Source: the human T2T-CHM13v2.0 reference genome, Homo sapiens | DNA length: 64,000 nucleotides | Strand: one strand, 5' to 3' | Assembly (NCBI RefSeq): GCF_009914755.1 | Contig: NC_060926.1 | Part shown: positions 1 to 13,643 of the stretch, piece after piece | Position numbering within the stretch: position 1 is the stretch's first letter | Layout of the letters: every line of letters starts with the position of its first letter | Position numbers and translations under genes: made by a program | Notes under the pieces: model-generated | Databases searched by the model: none | Seen by the model: only the letters and a program-made list of their open reading frames with translations | Told to the model about the DNA's origin: nothing

Positions 1-500
1 AAGGAGTCAATACCATCCTTTAGTGGAGTAATAAAATCAACATGACATTCACAATTTACTAGGCAAGCTGAAGTACTTTCCTAGGGGGGTTTCAGTAATG
101 AAATACTGTCATTCACTTCATCAATCTCAAAATCAAATTGAAGGCCTAGGGGAAAGTATCCCTGAAGAATTAACATTTTTCATGTTGCATATCTGTATAA
201 TACAATAATTTTTAAAGTAGAGGCAATTTTTTCCTGGGTGTCATAAAATAGGGAAAGAAGGTAAAATGGTAAATTGAAATGAGCCTGAAAAGTCCTGTGT
301 TCAGCATCTTCCAATTTACATTTCTATGGTCTGTTTATAATGGTTTGGAATCCTTCACTGCAAAATAATTGGTATTTTCTTTTATAAGGTAGTTTTCTAC
401 TTCTTCTAATGATTCTCATCTTGTTAGTGATGGTTGAAAACAGGTTCCAAAACAGACGATTTCATAGCTTTATTCTTTTTCACTTTAGTGAGCCCCTTAC

Positions 501-823
501 GATTCTGCACAGGGTAAGCATTTGACACCTATCTTCCAAAATCGCAAGGCTAGCAACAGCAGACAGCAAACACAGCTCCATACTATTTCATTCAATCCTT
601 TTGTGAAGGATTCTGAATAAATAAGGGGCTCCTTGAATGACCTGCCTTCATATTCTTCGGAGAACAGGGCAATTCTCCCTTTGTTTGAAAATACAAAACC
701 ACTGTGGACGATTTTGGAGTGTCTCATGGTAACACAGAGAGGAAAGGAGGCTGCCATTTTCTTCTTTCTAGATTTGCGCACAGTTGGTGTTTGAAGAAAG
801 TTTCCATTTCTGAAATGTTAGTA
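501..823 (-). other. Candidate spliced exon (lncRNA or uncharacterised gene)
   Basis: On the minus strand a pyrimidine tract and AG (cttttccctttcattttactctgtcAG) end at 824, with an alternative AG at 810. A donor (aatc|GTAAGg) follows 501. The sequence between is non-repetitive. Motif evidence only, no transcript data. Confidence 0.25.
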
Positions 824-1479
824 CTGACAGAGTAAAATGAAAGGGAAAAGGCACAGAGCCTGCCCTTGAGTTGCTCATAGATACAACAGAATTATTTTAG
901 TTTACCAATGTTTCTAATATTATTTGATACTATTCTTAGGCTGAAAGATATATGTATAGACAACCCTGGAACTTTATTGAGTGCTACTTTTATTGTATGA
1001 AAGGAAGGGAAAAAACATATGTTTAAAATACAAATTATTATTGTCAGCTTTTCTCAGTTAATTTTTATGGGATGCCTAAATTGAATTGTAATCATCATTC
1101 CTTCCTATGTATTCATTATACCCTTTTCTAAAAAGGACATCGCAGTCAAAAAACTCTACCTCCCCTCCTATTTTGAAATACCAGGAGTTAGGGTAAGTAA
1201 CTATAGCTACAACCATGTCATCGTGAACCATGTCATCCTCCTGCAGTCTCAGGTCAAACTCCTCATCTCTACCTTCAGAGGAATTACCTTCTACATTTAA
1301 AATAGTTATTCTTGCTCACATTTAAGTGGTAAAAATTAAGTGATAATAAGGGCCCATAATGAGAGGTAGTCCCCTTGTTCATCCATCTGTTCTTCCAGTC
1401 AGGATCCTTAGAGGAGGCCAATTTTTATTTTTGAACACTCAATAAATAGTTATTAATTTTATTATGTTTGAGGCACTTC

Positions 1480-1580
1480 TCCATTCACTCACTCAAAAAT
1501 ATTACTTGAGTCACAAATATGACAGCCCTTGTGCTAGGCACTAGTGATTTGAATTTGAAATAGACAGAAAACAGACATGG
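1480..1580 (-). mobile_element. L2 3' end fragment
   Basis: cattcactcactcaaaaatattacttgag...tgtgctaggcactagtgat resembles the reverse complement of the L2 3' terminus. Confidence 0.55.
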
Positions 1581-1596
1581 TGGTTAAAAGCTGCAG

Positions 1597-1875
1597 ACCA
1601 TGAGTTTTCAAGCAGCCGATGTGAAGGGATAGATCTCTCCCTGCTCCAATGTATTTCAGACTGGTGCTATTTTGTGCAATATAGTACCAAAAAAATGAAA
1701 TAAAAAATAAAAATTACAAACCAAACACTTAATTATTATATTCAACAAACAAAACTATCACTGTCAAATTGCTAGGCAAGTTTCTAAGACCTTAGTTGCC
1801 ATTTGCTCATCAAGACAGGTAACTTGAAATTTCTGGACTGAAAAAGCAGGGGAAACACATTTGAGAAGCATCTGT
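1597..1875. mobile_element. Old non-autonomous hAT-Charlie-type DNA transposon
   Basis: Internal ttattatattcaac...ctgtcaaattgcta...gtttctaa and terminal cacatttgagaagca resemble Charlie/MER5-group elements. Subfamily not assigned. Confidence 0.55.
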
Positions 1876-2780
1876 ATAGGTTATGAGACACAAACACAGC
1901 TGGGGACCACTTTCTTCTAATTCCTCTTACCTTTTGGTATGTCTCTACCAGCACCCCTCAGGCTGCTGAGAACTGCCCTTCTCTTCAGAGGTAGCCTGGC
2001 TGGGTCATTAAAATGAGGGACGCATTCAGGTGGAGGCTTTCAGATGGGACTCAGGAAGGTCTCCTGGTGGAGCCTGGCACCATTCTGCTAGGGATTCACG
2101 GGCAATGGAAGCAGACACTTCTCATCAACTGCAAATAATATAATTTGTACCTTCATTTTTTTCTTCATGAACTTCAATAATTATACAGATTTTTAAATGA
2201 AATTCGAAAATATAACTTGCTAAAATGTTGTCTCCTTTTCCTCAGTTTGCAAATGTATACTTATATCTCTACCTTGTTTTTCTTTTAGCTACCTTCATAA
2301 CATAACACACACCTATTCATGGAGATTGGACACATATATACTTAAGCCTATATTTCTTATTCCATCAATTTTATGTCTCAACTTCTTTTACACATTGGCA
2401 TATATTAATATCTTAAATTATCTAAAGCCCATTCGTTCTCTACTACTACCTGTTGACTTTTGTGGGCTGCATTTTCATAATATAAGGATGTCACTATAGT
2501 CTGCTCTGTAACCATAAAGTTTTCTGTATTTTTTCTATATTTTGTTTCTAACAGATGAAAATCATTTAGTAGTGATTTATTATTAATATTATATAAATAA
2601 TGTTCATATTATAGTCTAATAGATTCATGAGTCAGTACTCATGCGTTTTACAATCATCTATGGATTTTATTTTTTGTGCACTTTAGCTTTCAATGTTATT
2701 GACAAAACATCTTATAGCAAAATAATTCTCATTCTTCTCTCATCCTGGACACTTTAAAGATATTATTTTATTGTGTTATA

Positions 2781-3198
2781 CAGTTGAAACTTGTAATATA
2801 GGGTTTATGGGTGCCAACCCCTCACATTCTAAAATCTACATATAAATTTTGACTCCCCCAAAACTTATCTACTAATAGCTTACTGTTGACTGGAAGCCTT
2901 GCCACCAATAAAATAGTCAGTTAACACATATTTTGTATGTAATCTCTATTATATACTGTATTCTTAAAGTAAGGTAGAGAAAAGAAAATGTTCTCAGGAG
3001 GATCATAAGGAAAAGAAAATACATTTACTATTGACAAAATATAAGTAGATCTTCATAAAGTTTTTCAAATTGAGTAGGCTCAGGAGGAGGAAGAAGAGGA
3101 GAGATTGGTCTTGCTGTCTCGGAGTGGCAGAGGAAGAAGGAAATCCACATATAAGTGGACTCACACAGCTCAAACACATTTTGTTTAAAACTCAATTG
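2781..3198. mobile_element. Tigger2a-type TcMar DNA transposon
   Basis: TA|cagttga ... tcaattg|TA terminal inverted repeats with TA duplication. Internal tttgactcccccaaaactt, tactgttgactggaagcctt and aaatccacatataagtggac are typical of Tigger2a. Confidence 0.85.
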
Positions 3199-3526
3199 TA
3201 TTTCCTAACAATATGTTTAAGTGATAATTTTTAAAAAATCATTTACCTTCATGCGTATTCATTATCCATTCTGTCTCAAGGATTATATCTTTTTCCAATT
3301 AAGGAAATGCTTCCTATAGTCACACAGCCATTTTTGTTATGTGTGTGTTATTATAACCACATAGGAATTATTACAGCTACATAGTGATTTTTCCTCAGTG
3401 CCTTCTTTGTTGTTTCGTCCTCTAATTTCCTATGCTGGAATCATTCCTGATCTTTGCGTCTCTTTTTTTCCCTCTCATATTCTGTTTCTTTTACATTTAT
3501 TTTATTTTCCAAACTATTTTATTTGC

Positions 3527-3654
3527 AAGACTATTCCTTGTTCAGTGTGCTCACTGAAGTGTCCATTCTTTTAGTTTGTGTTCAGCTGAAAGACTATTCC
3601 TTGTTCAGTGTGCTCACTGAAGTGTCTATTCTTTTAGTTTGTGTTCAGCTGAAA
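3527..3654. repeat. 63-bp tandem duplication (2 copies, 1 mismatch)
   Basis: aagactattccttgttcagtgtgctcactgaagtgtc[c/t]attcttttagtttgtgttcagctga at 3527-3589 and 3590-3652. Confidence 0.97.
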
Positions 3655-4475
3655 CGTTTTGACACAGATTTCCCTCCATGTGCTATTCAGTTCAATGAGT
3701 ATTGACAAATGCATAATGTCATATATCTACAATTATAGTATTATACATAATAGTTCAGCCTTCCTAAAAATCCTTTGCCTGATCTAACTCTTGTTCTCTC
3801 AAATTATTCTCTGTCCTCTGGTAAAAATCTTACCTTCTTTACCTTAGCATTTTCTATTTAGTGATGACTTTCAAATACATGTTGAACCTTGTATGTTCAC
3901 TTATATTATAATGAGGGAAAAGCAAGTAGGCCAAGGAGTTGCAGATATAACCCAGCATATAGGCTGATTAGCTTCGCACTAGTGGATGAGTACAGTGATC
4001 CTGGAATTGTCAGAAGAAGAATGTATTTAATCTGGATTCCAAAACCCATAGCCCATATTTCCATTTACATAGGATAGTTCAGCTACATCCTCAGCCATAA
4101 TCCAACATGTTAATCAACTGGGCCTTTTGTTTCAAAATATTGTTGAAATGCGTCATCTACTGAAGGACTACCTTCCCATTAAACCTCCTGTGTGATTTTA
4201 AAAGTTTTTAATTATTTTTTGTTATCTCAATAAGATCTTAGTGGCCATGAGACGCAGTCATACGTACAAAGTCTGCTACAAGGTAAATTAAGTAATATTT
4301 TCTATACCAACACTTATGTTACTTAGTACTTCACATATGCTACCTTGCAGTATGAATATTTTTACTGCCATCTTCCATTTCCTACATGAATTAAAAAATA
4401 AAAGCTCTTATAAATCAAGATCTATGATTTATATATTAAGATTACATGTATATCATTTGGTAAAAGTAAAAAATA

Positions 4476-4787
<312 letters not shown>

Positions 4788-4954
4788 AAAGTAAAAAATA
4801 AAAAGACACTAAGGGACTGTTATCAAACAATTTTGCAGTCTCTATCACTTAGAAGTATACCTTTATGTTGAATTGCCTTATAATTTTAAATAAATAATTA
4901 TTGTCGTTACTTACCTACATTTTTTCAATGGGAAAGAAGGATATCATTATGATA

Positions 4955-7058
4955 AGTCAACTGTCAGTCTTACGTTCTGTTGTTCTTAGCGTTCAGGTAC
5001 AGGATGAGTGTTTTCCTCTTTTGCTGCTTTCACACGATTTTTTCTTTCAACATTTTGACTACAGTATGTCCAGCTGAAGAGCTCGTTGCATTTCCTCCTT
5101 AGAGTTTATTGAGCTTTTTGGATGTGAAGATTAATGATATTTTTCAAAATGCATATGTTTTTAGCCATTATTTATTCAAATATATTTTTGATTTTGTCTC
5201 TTTCCTCTCCTTTTGATGCTTACATTATACATATGTTGGTGCACTTAGTGGTATTTCAAATTTCTCTGAGGCTGTGTTTATGCTTCCTCATTTGTTCTTT
5301 TTCCTGTTTTTCAGATTGCATAATCTCTATGTCTGTGTCTACAAATTCACTGATTCATGCTTCTGCCAGCTAAAACCTACTGTTCAGCCCCGCCAGTGAA
5401 TGTTTCATTTTGGTTCTTGCACTTTCTACTCTAGAATTTCTGCCTGGCTCCTTCTGTTATTTCTATCTCTTTATTGCTGTTCTCTATTTTATGAGACATT
5501 GCTATCACTTTCATTTAATTCATTAAACATGGCTTCATATTGTTCTTTGAATATAGGTATCATAGCTTCTTTGACATCTTTGTCTGCTAAATCCTACATC
5601 TGGGTACTCTAAAGAAAGTTTCTAGCATGCTTTTTTCTTTCTATGTATGAGTTACATTTTCCTGTTTCTTTGTATGCCTCTTTTCTGTTAAAAATTGGAC
5701 ATATTAGATAACAGATTGTAGCCAATCTGGAAATCAGGTTGACCCACCAGCAGCCCATCTCTCTGTCAAGGGCTTGTTATTATTTGGTTAGTGATCTGGC
5801 TGAATTAGTTCCATGAGCTATTTTCCTCTGGCAGTGTGTGGTTTCTGATGTCACTCCTTAGAGGGCCCCACTTGGGCATTTTGTGCACATTCTGTCTGAC
5901 CATCAGAGATGGCTGTGGTCTTAGCCAGCCTCTTTTTAAGTGTATCTTACTGAAGAGTCCCTTAAGCTTTTAGCTGGGCTTCCTCTTTTAGTATTGTATC
6001 CAGCTAACAGCCTCTGTTCTTTGCCAGCTGATTGCTTGTTTGTTTGTTTGTTTATTTATTTATTTATTTATTTTATGACAATGCTCTGGGGGTATAAATT
6101 GCTTCACAATATAATCCAATTAAAGTGGGCAACTGTGCATAAGAAAGGTGTTGCCTGTCTCAGAAGCTTGCTTCAATTCCAGGAAGGCTCTTCTTAGCTG
6201 TCTCTTTCTCTAGTTCTTTCTGCTTACCCTCTAGCCACGTTAATATTTTGCTTGTTGCTATCACTGTCACGGGGCTATAACCTTCTCTTATTTACTTACC
6301 ACTAGGTATTCTTCAGGCATAAACTTTTCACAGTGTGTTTCAAATAAAGTCAGTTCCTTTATGGAGCAGAGATCTCCTTTCTTAAAGTATTCCTTGTCCC
6401 CTGGGAAGAATATCTCTGCCATTGCACTGGGCCTGGGGTTGGAGACAGTGGCCTGCTTCTCCAAGATGTTTATATACATATACTCTATGAATGAGGTATT
6501 AGATGGGGATAATAGCCCATGATCTTCATGGCTTGCCCCTTTCATTGTAGAACCTCTCACTTCCAAGCCGGTTGGAGCAGAGGCAAGGAATGCCCAGTAT
6601 TTTTGGCCTGGAGTGTAGCTTCTGCCTTATGAATGAGGACTTCATGAGGGAGGAAACTCTGATCCTCTTGCCAGGAACAGAGCTTCTGCAACACAAGGTT
6701 GAAGGAGGATGAAAGATTTTGGCTGCCTGCCCTCTCTGGTGTCCCATAGCTCTTGGCTGGGTGCTGGGAGAAGGAGCTTGATTTTCTTGGCCGCAAACAC
6801 CCACAGTAAAGTTTCCTTCACATTGAACTTGGTATGGGGGTGGCCATGGGAGCAAACCATGTTTCAAATGCTACAAAAAATATTATTGTTGTTCTATCAA
6901 TATCTGGTAGATTTTTTTGAATAAACGTTTTTTAAAATTTGCTACATGCTTTTTGCAAATATTTTAGATCATTTGAATTGTTATTATTATTTTACTAATA
7001 AAAGTTTTTCACTGGGGAGAATGTCCACTGAGCTCCTTACATTGCCATTCTCAAAGTC
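4955..7058 (-). mobile_element. Old L1M element, 5'UTR and ORF1 region
   Basis: T-rich antisense ORF1-like text (ttagccattatttattcaaatat, tttctctgaggctgtgttt). Ends in gagctccttacattgccattctcaaagtc, the reverse complement of an L1M 5' terminus. Confidence 0.7.
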
Positions 7059-9098
7059 AGCACATTTTTGACTATGTATATTTTATCTTAAGTACAGTAA
7101 GATCTCGGAAGAAATAGAAGAGATTCCTGGGTGTTTTAGTAACAATAAAATGCTTTTAAAAAGCTCAGGATCAGAGCAGGGCCTTGAACTATGAGTTAGG
7201 TTATGCTATACAAAGATGCCTACAAAATCAACACAAGTGAAAGATGTCCAGTTAAAGCACTGGATATCTGGACTTCTAAATATTTGTCTTATTGGAAATA
7301 ATTTAGTTTGTCTGAAATATCTATAATATATCTAGAAGCAATACTTATATTAATCCTAGACATTTCAGGAAGAAATTAGATGTAATTATTTTTCTAGGGT
7401 ATGTGCAAAATGGATATATGGTTAAAAAGTATGGAATGAATACAGCACATATTACATTCACTTTTCATGGTTGAAGAAAGTTCGCTTAAACGAAAACAGG
7501 TGCTCATGTCTGGCCACGATCCTGAGAGCTTGTGCTCTGGGTAGAGGGCACAAAAGACAGTGAGTCCCTGGGATAGAAACAGTGTTTTCTTCCATTTTGA
7601 TTGCTATTTTTAAAGGGCAATCACCTATTATTTCAGATATTCAAGTTATTTCACTGTAGTTTAGTAGCTTGAGTTTGCTGTATTTCAGTCTGGCACATTC
7701 TCTTTCTACTCAGTTTGATAGATTAACTTTCAAAGATTTTTCTTCTTTAATTATGACCACTGATTTAACACATGAAAAGCTGATTTTCCTCATGGCCTCT
7801 GTCTCCTCTATTTTTCTGGTAGCCCAGCCTTCAACTGATATCTTTGTGACCATTAAAACTGGAAAATCTCCAATGTAATGACTATGCAGTTAATTGGATT
7901 TCAATTACTTGGGACTAACCTGGAGTTTTCAGAGTCACAACGGGACTTTCAAAAGTCCTGTTCCCTCAGGCAGTCCAGTTATTGATTCCAAAATACTTAC
8001 TTCTATGGATTAAAATCAATACTAATTCTTTATCACAAACTCTGCCTCTTCTCTAACTCCTCTTGACTATTTTATGGCTTTTACTTGCCACTACTCTAGC
8101 AACAGCAACAACCTTGCTTTTTATACCCACTTTTGAGCACACTGAACATTGGAGAAATAAATTTATCCTTTTGGTAGTTCTTTTGACTGCTTTCAATAGA
8201 ATTCTCTATCATGTTCTAGCCATAGCTTGTCTGAATTGATTAAAATGTGAGGTGGGGATTCGGCTACAATAACTTCTCAAAGAACAATTCTCTGTAGATT
8301 GATGACAATTGGAGACAATATTTCTTTCCACACATTAAGATGCTGGAGAGAGATAGGACTTTAGGTGCGCATAAGTCCTAAGTGATCAGAAACAAAGCTT
8401 TAAGACTAAATGGTTCTGAAGTATACATGTTAATATGCAATATTAACATTTATTTTTGTTTCTGGGAAAAATTTTGTCATATCTCAGACAGTAAGGCCAA
8501 GGCAATGACTAGTTTGATTATCTTTGTTATGTTAACTATATTACTCTAAGTTCCACCTGATAAACAACTTTCTCCAATAATTACCCTATAAACAGTCTTC
8601 TCCCAAATTATTTCTGAGCTGTTTATTTGCCTGGATTTCTGCATGGCACTATGCTCTCTTCATGCTAGAATACAAGGTAACTGTTCTGCTTAAAGGTTTT
8701 CTGGGAAAACCTTGGTCCAGACTCTGTAATTTTATGTTATCTGTATTTCCTGCTGAAGGCCTTGATTTTTGATCATTTGGCAGATTCAGTTTAAAATTCA
8801 AGTCACAGCACGCTATAGGCTTCCAAAACATAAAGATGGTATGAACACTGGACTAGACCAACGAATTTTATTTTTACCAACAAGTATTTTTTTCCAGTTA
8901 CAGAAATAGGTGCATGGAATACAAATAAATAAATAAAAAGTATATAAATCTATAATTGCCCTTGGAAGAAGTTGACTTCCAAATCCTAACCCTAATCTTG
9001 ACAAAGCATCAGTGAGACTTTGCCAGCAAACAAGCTACTAGTTTATCCTGTAACTGAGCTCAGGGGATTAGCAAAGTAGTAAATCCATCATGTGTGTG

Positions 9099-9372
9099 TG
9101 ACAGGGTCCAGCTCTGTTTCCCAGGCTGGAGTACAGAGGTACAATCACAGCTCACTGCAGTTTCTACTTTCTGGGCTCAAGCGATCCTCCCCATTCAGCT
9201 TCTCAAGGAGCTGTGACTACAGGCACACACCACCACACCCAGCTAATTTTTATTATTTTTAGTAGGTTTTGCTGTGTAGCCCAGGCTGTTCTGGAACTCC
9301 TGGGCTCAAGCGATCCTCCTCAGATCTCTCCCAAAGTGCTGAGATTATAGAGGTGATCCATTGCACCCCACC
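9099..9372 (-). mobile_element. AluJ (Jo-like) SINE, diverged
   Basis: gacagggtc...cccaggctggagtaca...ctcctgggctcaagcgatcctcc in both arms. No T tail, (TG)n in its place. Confidence 0.9.
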
Positions 9373-10070
9373 AAATTTGTTTGTTAATATCCTGGAGAGT
9401 ATTCCTAATCTCCTGCTGCAACCATTCACAACAGGATATGGAAGATAATGTGCCCCCTACACTTGCCAGAAGAGACAAGTCTCATATTTAGTCTCTACTA
9501 GGGCTTTAATTCAGCCGTTCTAAGAAGTTCTGCCTAAAATCACTTTTAACCTCTCTTCTTGGGATCCCTGGCTACACATGGAGGATGATTTACTTCTTTA
9601 GTTTCTTGTAAGGTAGAAAATCTTTTAAATCACTTAGAATCAATTTCCTCTGGTTAATCAAATAATTAAATATCTCTCAAGCTGGCCTTAATTCCCTCTT
9701 CTCCAATCTTTATCTGACTCATATTGCTAGCATTGAGTAGGCAAAGGAGAAGGGCTGAGTGAAGGGTCATTCTCCAACCAAAAACAATGCACCAACCTAT
9801 TAAAAACCTATAGCTAAACTCAATCACACAGTTACATTTTAAGTTACTGCATGCCAAAATTTCAAATTAAGTTATAAACACATTGCATCAACCACCATTA
9901 CATATAGGACCCCTGGGGTTCAACAACATTAAGAAATGGTCTGGTGACCAAAGGAATACTGTAGCTCCAAAACACTGTTTGCTTTGAAGCCCTGTTCAGG
10001 GATCACTAACATGCACAATGGTAAATGTTAAACAGATAACTGTTGATGAGAATGGGGCCTGTCATTAATA

Positions 10071-10110
10071 TATCCATAAAGAAAGGACATGTATCCATAA
10101 AGAAAGGACA
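10071..10110. repeat. 21-bp period tandem duplication
   Basis: tatccataaagaaaggaca at 10071 and 10092. Confidence 0.9.
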
Positions 10111-11014
10111 GGATATATATGAATTGAGGCAATTAAACTGAGATGCATCAACCATTCGTTTATTTTTGTTCAAGATCTTGGAACTTTTTATTCCATCTAT
10201 TAAATATGCCTATTTAGTGTCACATGTGGCTGGTAATAGTTTGTCACTTAAAGTTATTTTGATTAATCTATAGTTTTAAATTGTTTTTATCCTCAGTTTT
10301 ACATTTTGTTTAAGATCCACAAGAGTTCAGTGGTTAAAGATGGGGAAGCATTAGTAATATTAAATGTAAGAAATTAGTGATTAGCATAAAGTTGGTAATA
10401 ATTATTTTAATGTGCCTCAAGATGTTCTATGAGTACAATAGACTCATTTATTTGATCAGATTTGTTGGCTACCTCAGGATGATCCTAGTACTATGGAAAA
10501 TTGTGTTAAAAAAAGGACATAGAGAGATAATTACATCTATCTTTTTAATGAGAAAACAATTATCCACATCCATAATATGTTATTTCTAAGTGCTACAAAC
10601 CTCAATCAGAAAATATATTTTTATAATTTATTTAAAAATAGTTAAAGAACTCAGAAAATGAAAGCAGTTTTTGCCTGTCAAATTAAGGTTCAATCTATGT
10701 TTTAACATGAGCTTGACTTTGCCAAGCAAAATAGAATTTTATCTTAAATGTATGTCTTCATAGTGCATGCTCACAGAAAAATAATTTAAAGTAGTACTTA
10801 CGATTAAACATCATGTGCCATATTTTATATAAGAGAAGACGTATTTATTATTTGCATTAAGAAAATAAATATTTTATTATTTTGAAGTTTATATAATTAC
10901 TAATAATTTATTTACCTTATATATAATTTATTTATTGAACAAACATATATATGTGTGTGTATATACATACATCATAATAGTATAACTAAGTGACAGACTA
11001 TTTTCAATGCTTTA

Positions 11015-13643
11015 AAATTTATTTTGTGTGTTTTCCTATTTCTCAAAAAAATTTCAACTTTTATTTTAAATTTCGGGGTACATATGCATATTTGTTACAT
11101 GGTATGCTGTGTGATGCTGAGATTGGGATATGAATGACCCCATCACCCAAGTCGTAGCATAGTACCTGACAGTTTTGTAAACTTTGCCTTCCTCCTTACT
11201 TCCCCCTTCTAGTGGTCCCAAATTATTGTTGCCATCTTTATGTGCACTAGTACTCAATGTTTAGCTACCACTTATAAGTGAGAACATGGGTATTTGGTCT
11301 TCTGTTTCTGTGTTAGTTTGCTTAGGAAAATGGCCTCCAGCTGCATTCATGTTGCTAAAAAGAACATGATTTCACTCTTTTTGATGGCTGTGTAGTATTC
11401 CATGATGTATATGTACAGTATTTCCTTTATCCAATCCACTGTTGATGGGTAGCTACACTGATCCCATGATTTTCACTATCATAAGTGCTGCTGCAATAAA
11501 CATATGAATGCAGCTGTCTTTTCGTTAGAATGTTTTATTTTCTTTTGGATATATAACTAGTAATGGAATTTCTGAGTTGAATGGTAGATCTGTTTTAGAT
11601 TCTTTGAAAAATCTTCAAACTGCTTTTCACTGTGTGTATGTGTTCTCTTTTCTACACAGCCTCATTAGCATCTGTTGTTTTTTGACTTCTAATAATAACC
11701 ATTTTGACTGGTGTGAGATGATATCTCATTGTAGTTTTGATTTGCATTTCTCTGATGATTGGTGATATGGAGTATTTTTTCATGTTTTTTTGGCCAATTG
11801 TATGTCTTCTTTTGAGAAGTGCCTGTTGATGTATTTTGCCCACATTTTAATAAGATTATATGTTTTTTTCTTGTTGATTTCTTTAAGTTCTTTATAGATC
11901 CTGGATATTAGACATTTGTCTATGCATAGTTGGTGAATATTTTCACCCGTAATGTGGGTTGTCTGTTTACTCTGTTTATACTTCTTTTATGTACAGAAGC
12001 TCTTTAGTTTAATTAAATTCTACTTGATAGTTTTTGTTTTTGTTGCAACTTCTTTTGAGAACTTAATCATAAATTATTTCCCAAGTTTGATGCCCAGAAT
12101 TGTGTTTTCTACATTTCCTTCTAAGTTTGTAATAGTTTGAGGGCTTTCATTTAAACTTTAACCTACTTGAGGTAATTTTTGTACGTAACGAAAGGGAAAG
12201 GTAAGAGCCCAGTTTCATTCTTTTGCATATGGCTTTTCAGTTATCTAAGCACCACTGATTAAATAGTGAGTCATTTCCCCTTTGCTTATTTTTGTGAACT
12301 TCGTCAAAGTTTGAATGGATGTAGGTATGAGGCTTTACTTCTGTGTTCTCCATTGTGTTCTATTTATGTATAGATCTGTTTCTGTACTGTCACCATGCTG
12401 TTTTGGTCACTGTAGCCTTACAAATATAGTTTGAAGTTGGGCAGCGTGATGTCTCTGGCTTTGTTCTTTTGCATAGGATTGCTTTGGATTTTAGGGCTGT
12501 TTTTTTGGTTCCATATAATTTTAAAATGGTTTTTTTTAGTTTAGTTTTTTTTTTTTTTGAAAAATGATGTTAACAGCTGGATAGAAATAACATTGAATCT
12601 GTAAATTTATTTGGGCAATATGGCCATTTTAACAACATTGATTTTGAAGAATCTGATGACTGTGTCTTGAAGTGGTCATCCTGTATAGCACAGAAGTTCT
12701 CCGAATTTGCACTTGAACCTCTATTGCAAGGTTGGGGGAATTTCCATCTTCAAATGTGTTTTCCATGTTGCTTTCTCTGTTTCCATCTCTTTCAGGAATG
12801 CCAATGAGTTGTATGTTTTGTCTCTTTACATAATCCCATATTTCTAGGAGGTTTTATTTATTTTTAAAAATTCTTTTTTCTTTATTTTCATCTGCCTAAA
12901 TTGACTCAACATAGCAGTCTTTGAGTGCTGAGATTCTTGTCTCAGCTTGGTCAACTGTGTTACTACTGCTTCCAACTGAATTATGAAATTCCTATAGTAA
13001 ATTTTTCACTTTTAGAATTTCAGCTTGCTTCTTTCTTAAATGGCTACGACATCTTTTAACTCTTGGCTGCTTAGTGTTATCCTTGGATTTGGTTTCAGCC
13101 TTCTCTTATATTTCGATCAACTTCTATGCTATCCAGATTCTGGATTCTATTTGGCCCCATGTGCTATTGAGCACAGTGATTCACTGTGGTTAAGAACAAT
13201 TGCTGGGGAGCTAGCAGGGTCATTTGGAGGTAAGAAGACACTCTGGCCTTTGAGCAGTTGACTCTGGTATAAGTTGGTTTAGTTGATTGTCTTTATTTCT
13301 GGATGCTTTTAGGGACCAAGGCTCAGCTCAGCACTCCTGGGGTGCATACTCTAATCCTAGGGGCTGGGACTAGGCCTGCAGGTTTGTACTCTGGCCCCTC
13401 AAAGTTAAGCACCTACTGTTCACAGGGGCAGAAGTGTTACCACTTCACTGGCAACAACGCCATGAAGGGGTAGCTGGCAAGAGTGCTGTGATAGGGCAGC
13501 AGTGGACCCGACATGTGTGCTCTCTGCAGGGTGGTGGCAGGTCTGCACATGCCTGAGAGATTTTTCTAAGTTTTTGTGATAGGCATTTAGCTCTATACAA
13601 TTTCCTCTTATCACTGCTTTTGCTGCATTCCAGAGATTTTTGT
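11015..13643 (-). mobile_element. Rearranged old L1PA (PA13-16-like): 3'UTR plus late ORF2 (~11050-12645), ORF1/5'UTR (~12646-13555), short early-ORF2 piece (~13556-13643)
   Basis: 3' end caacttttattttaaatttcggggtacat...gatgctgag...gaccccatcacccaa. ORFs 11652-11843 and 13420-13614 contain L1 ORF2 peptides (IREMQIKTTMRYHLTPV; IRGNCIELNAYHKNLEKS). Candidate TSD atgcttta at 11007-11014 and 13644-13651. Confidence 0.85.

Noticed and set aside
489-520. Plus-strand micro-exon (tttcactttAG ... cagg|GTAAGC), and other isolated splice-like sites at ~1193 and ~1988
   Set aside because: No partner exons or coding signal. Such motifs are frequent by chance in AT-rich DNA.
3454-3705. Palindromic direct repeats resembling a CRISPR array, and an 83-aa ORF with a repeated peptide
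   Set aside because: Only two abutting copies, no spacers, no cas genes and a eukaryotic context. The ORF repeat merely reflects 63 being a multiple of 3.
6288-6924. Cluster of five overlapping ORFs
   Set aside because: Lies in the GC-richer 5'UTR of an old L1M, where stop codons are rarer by composition.
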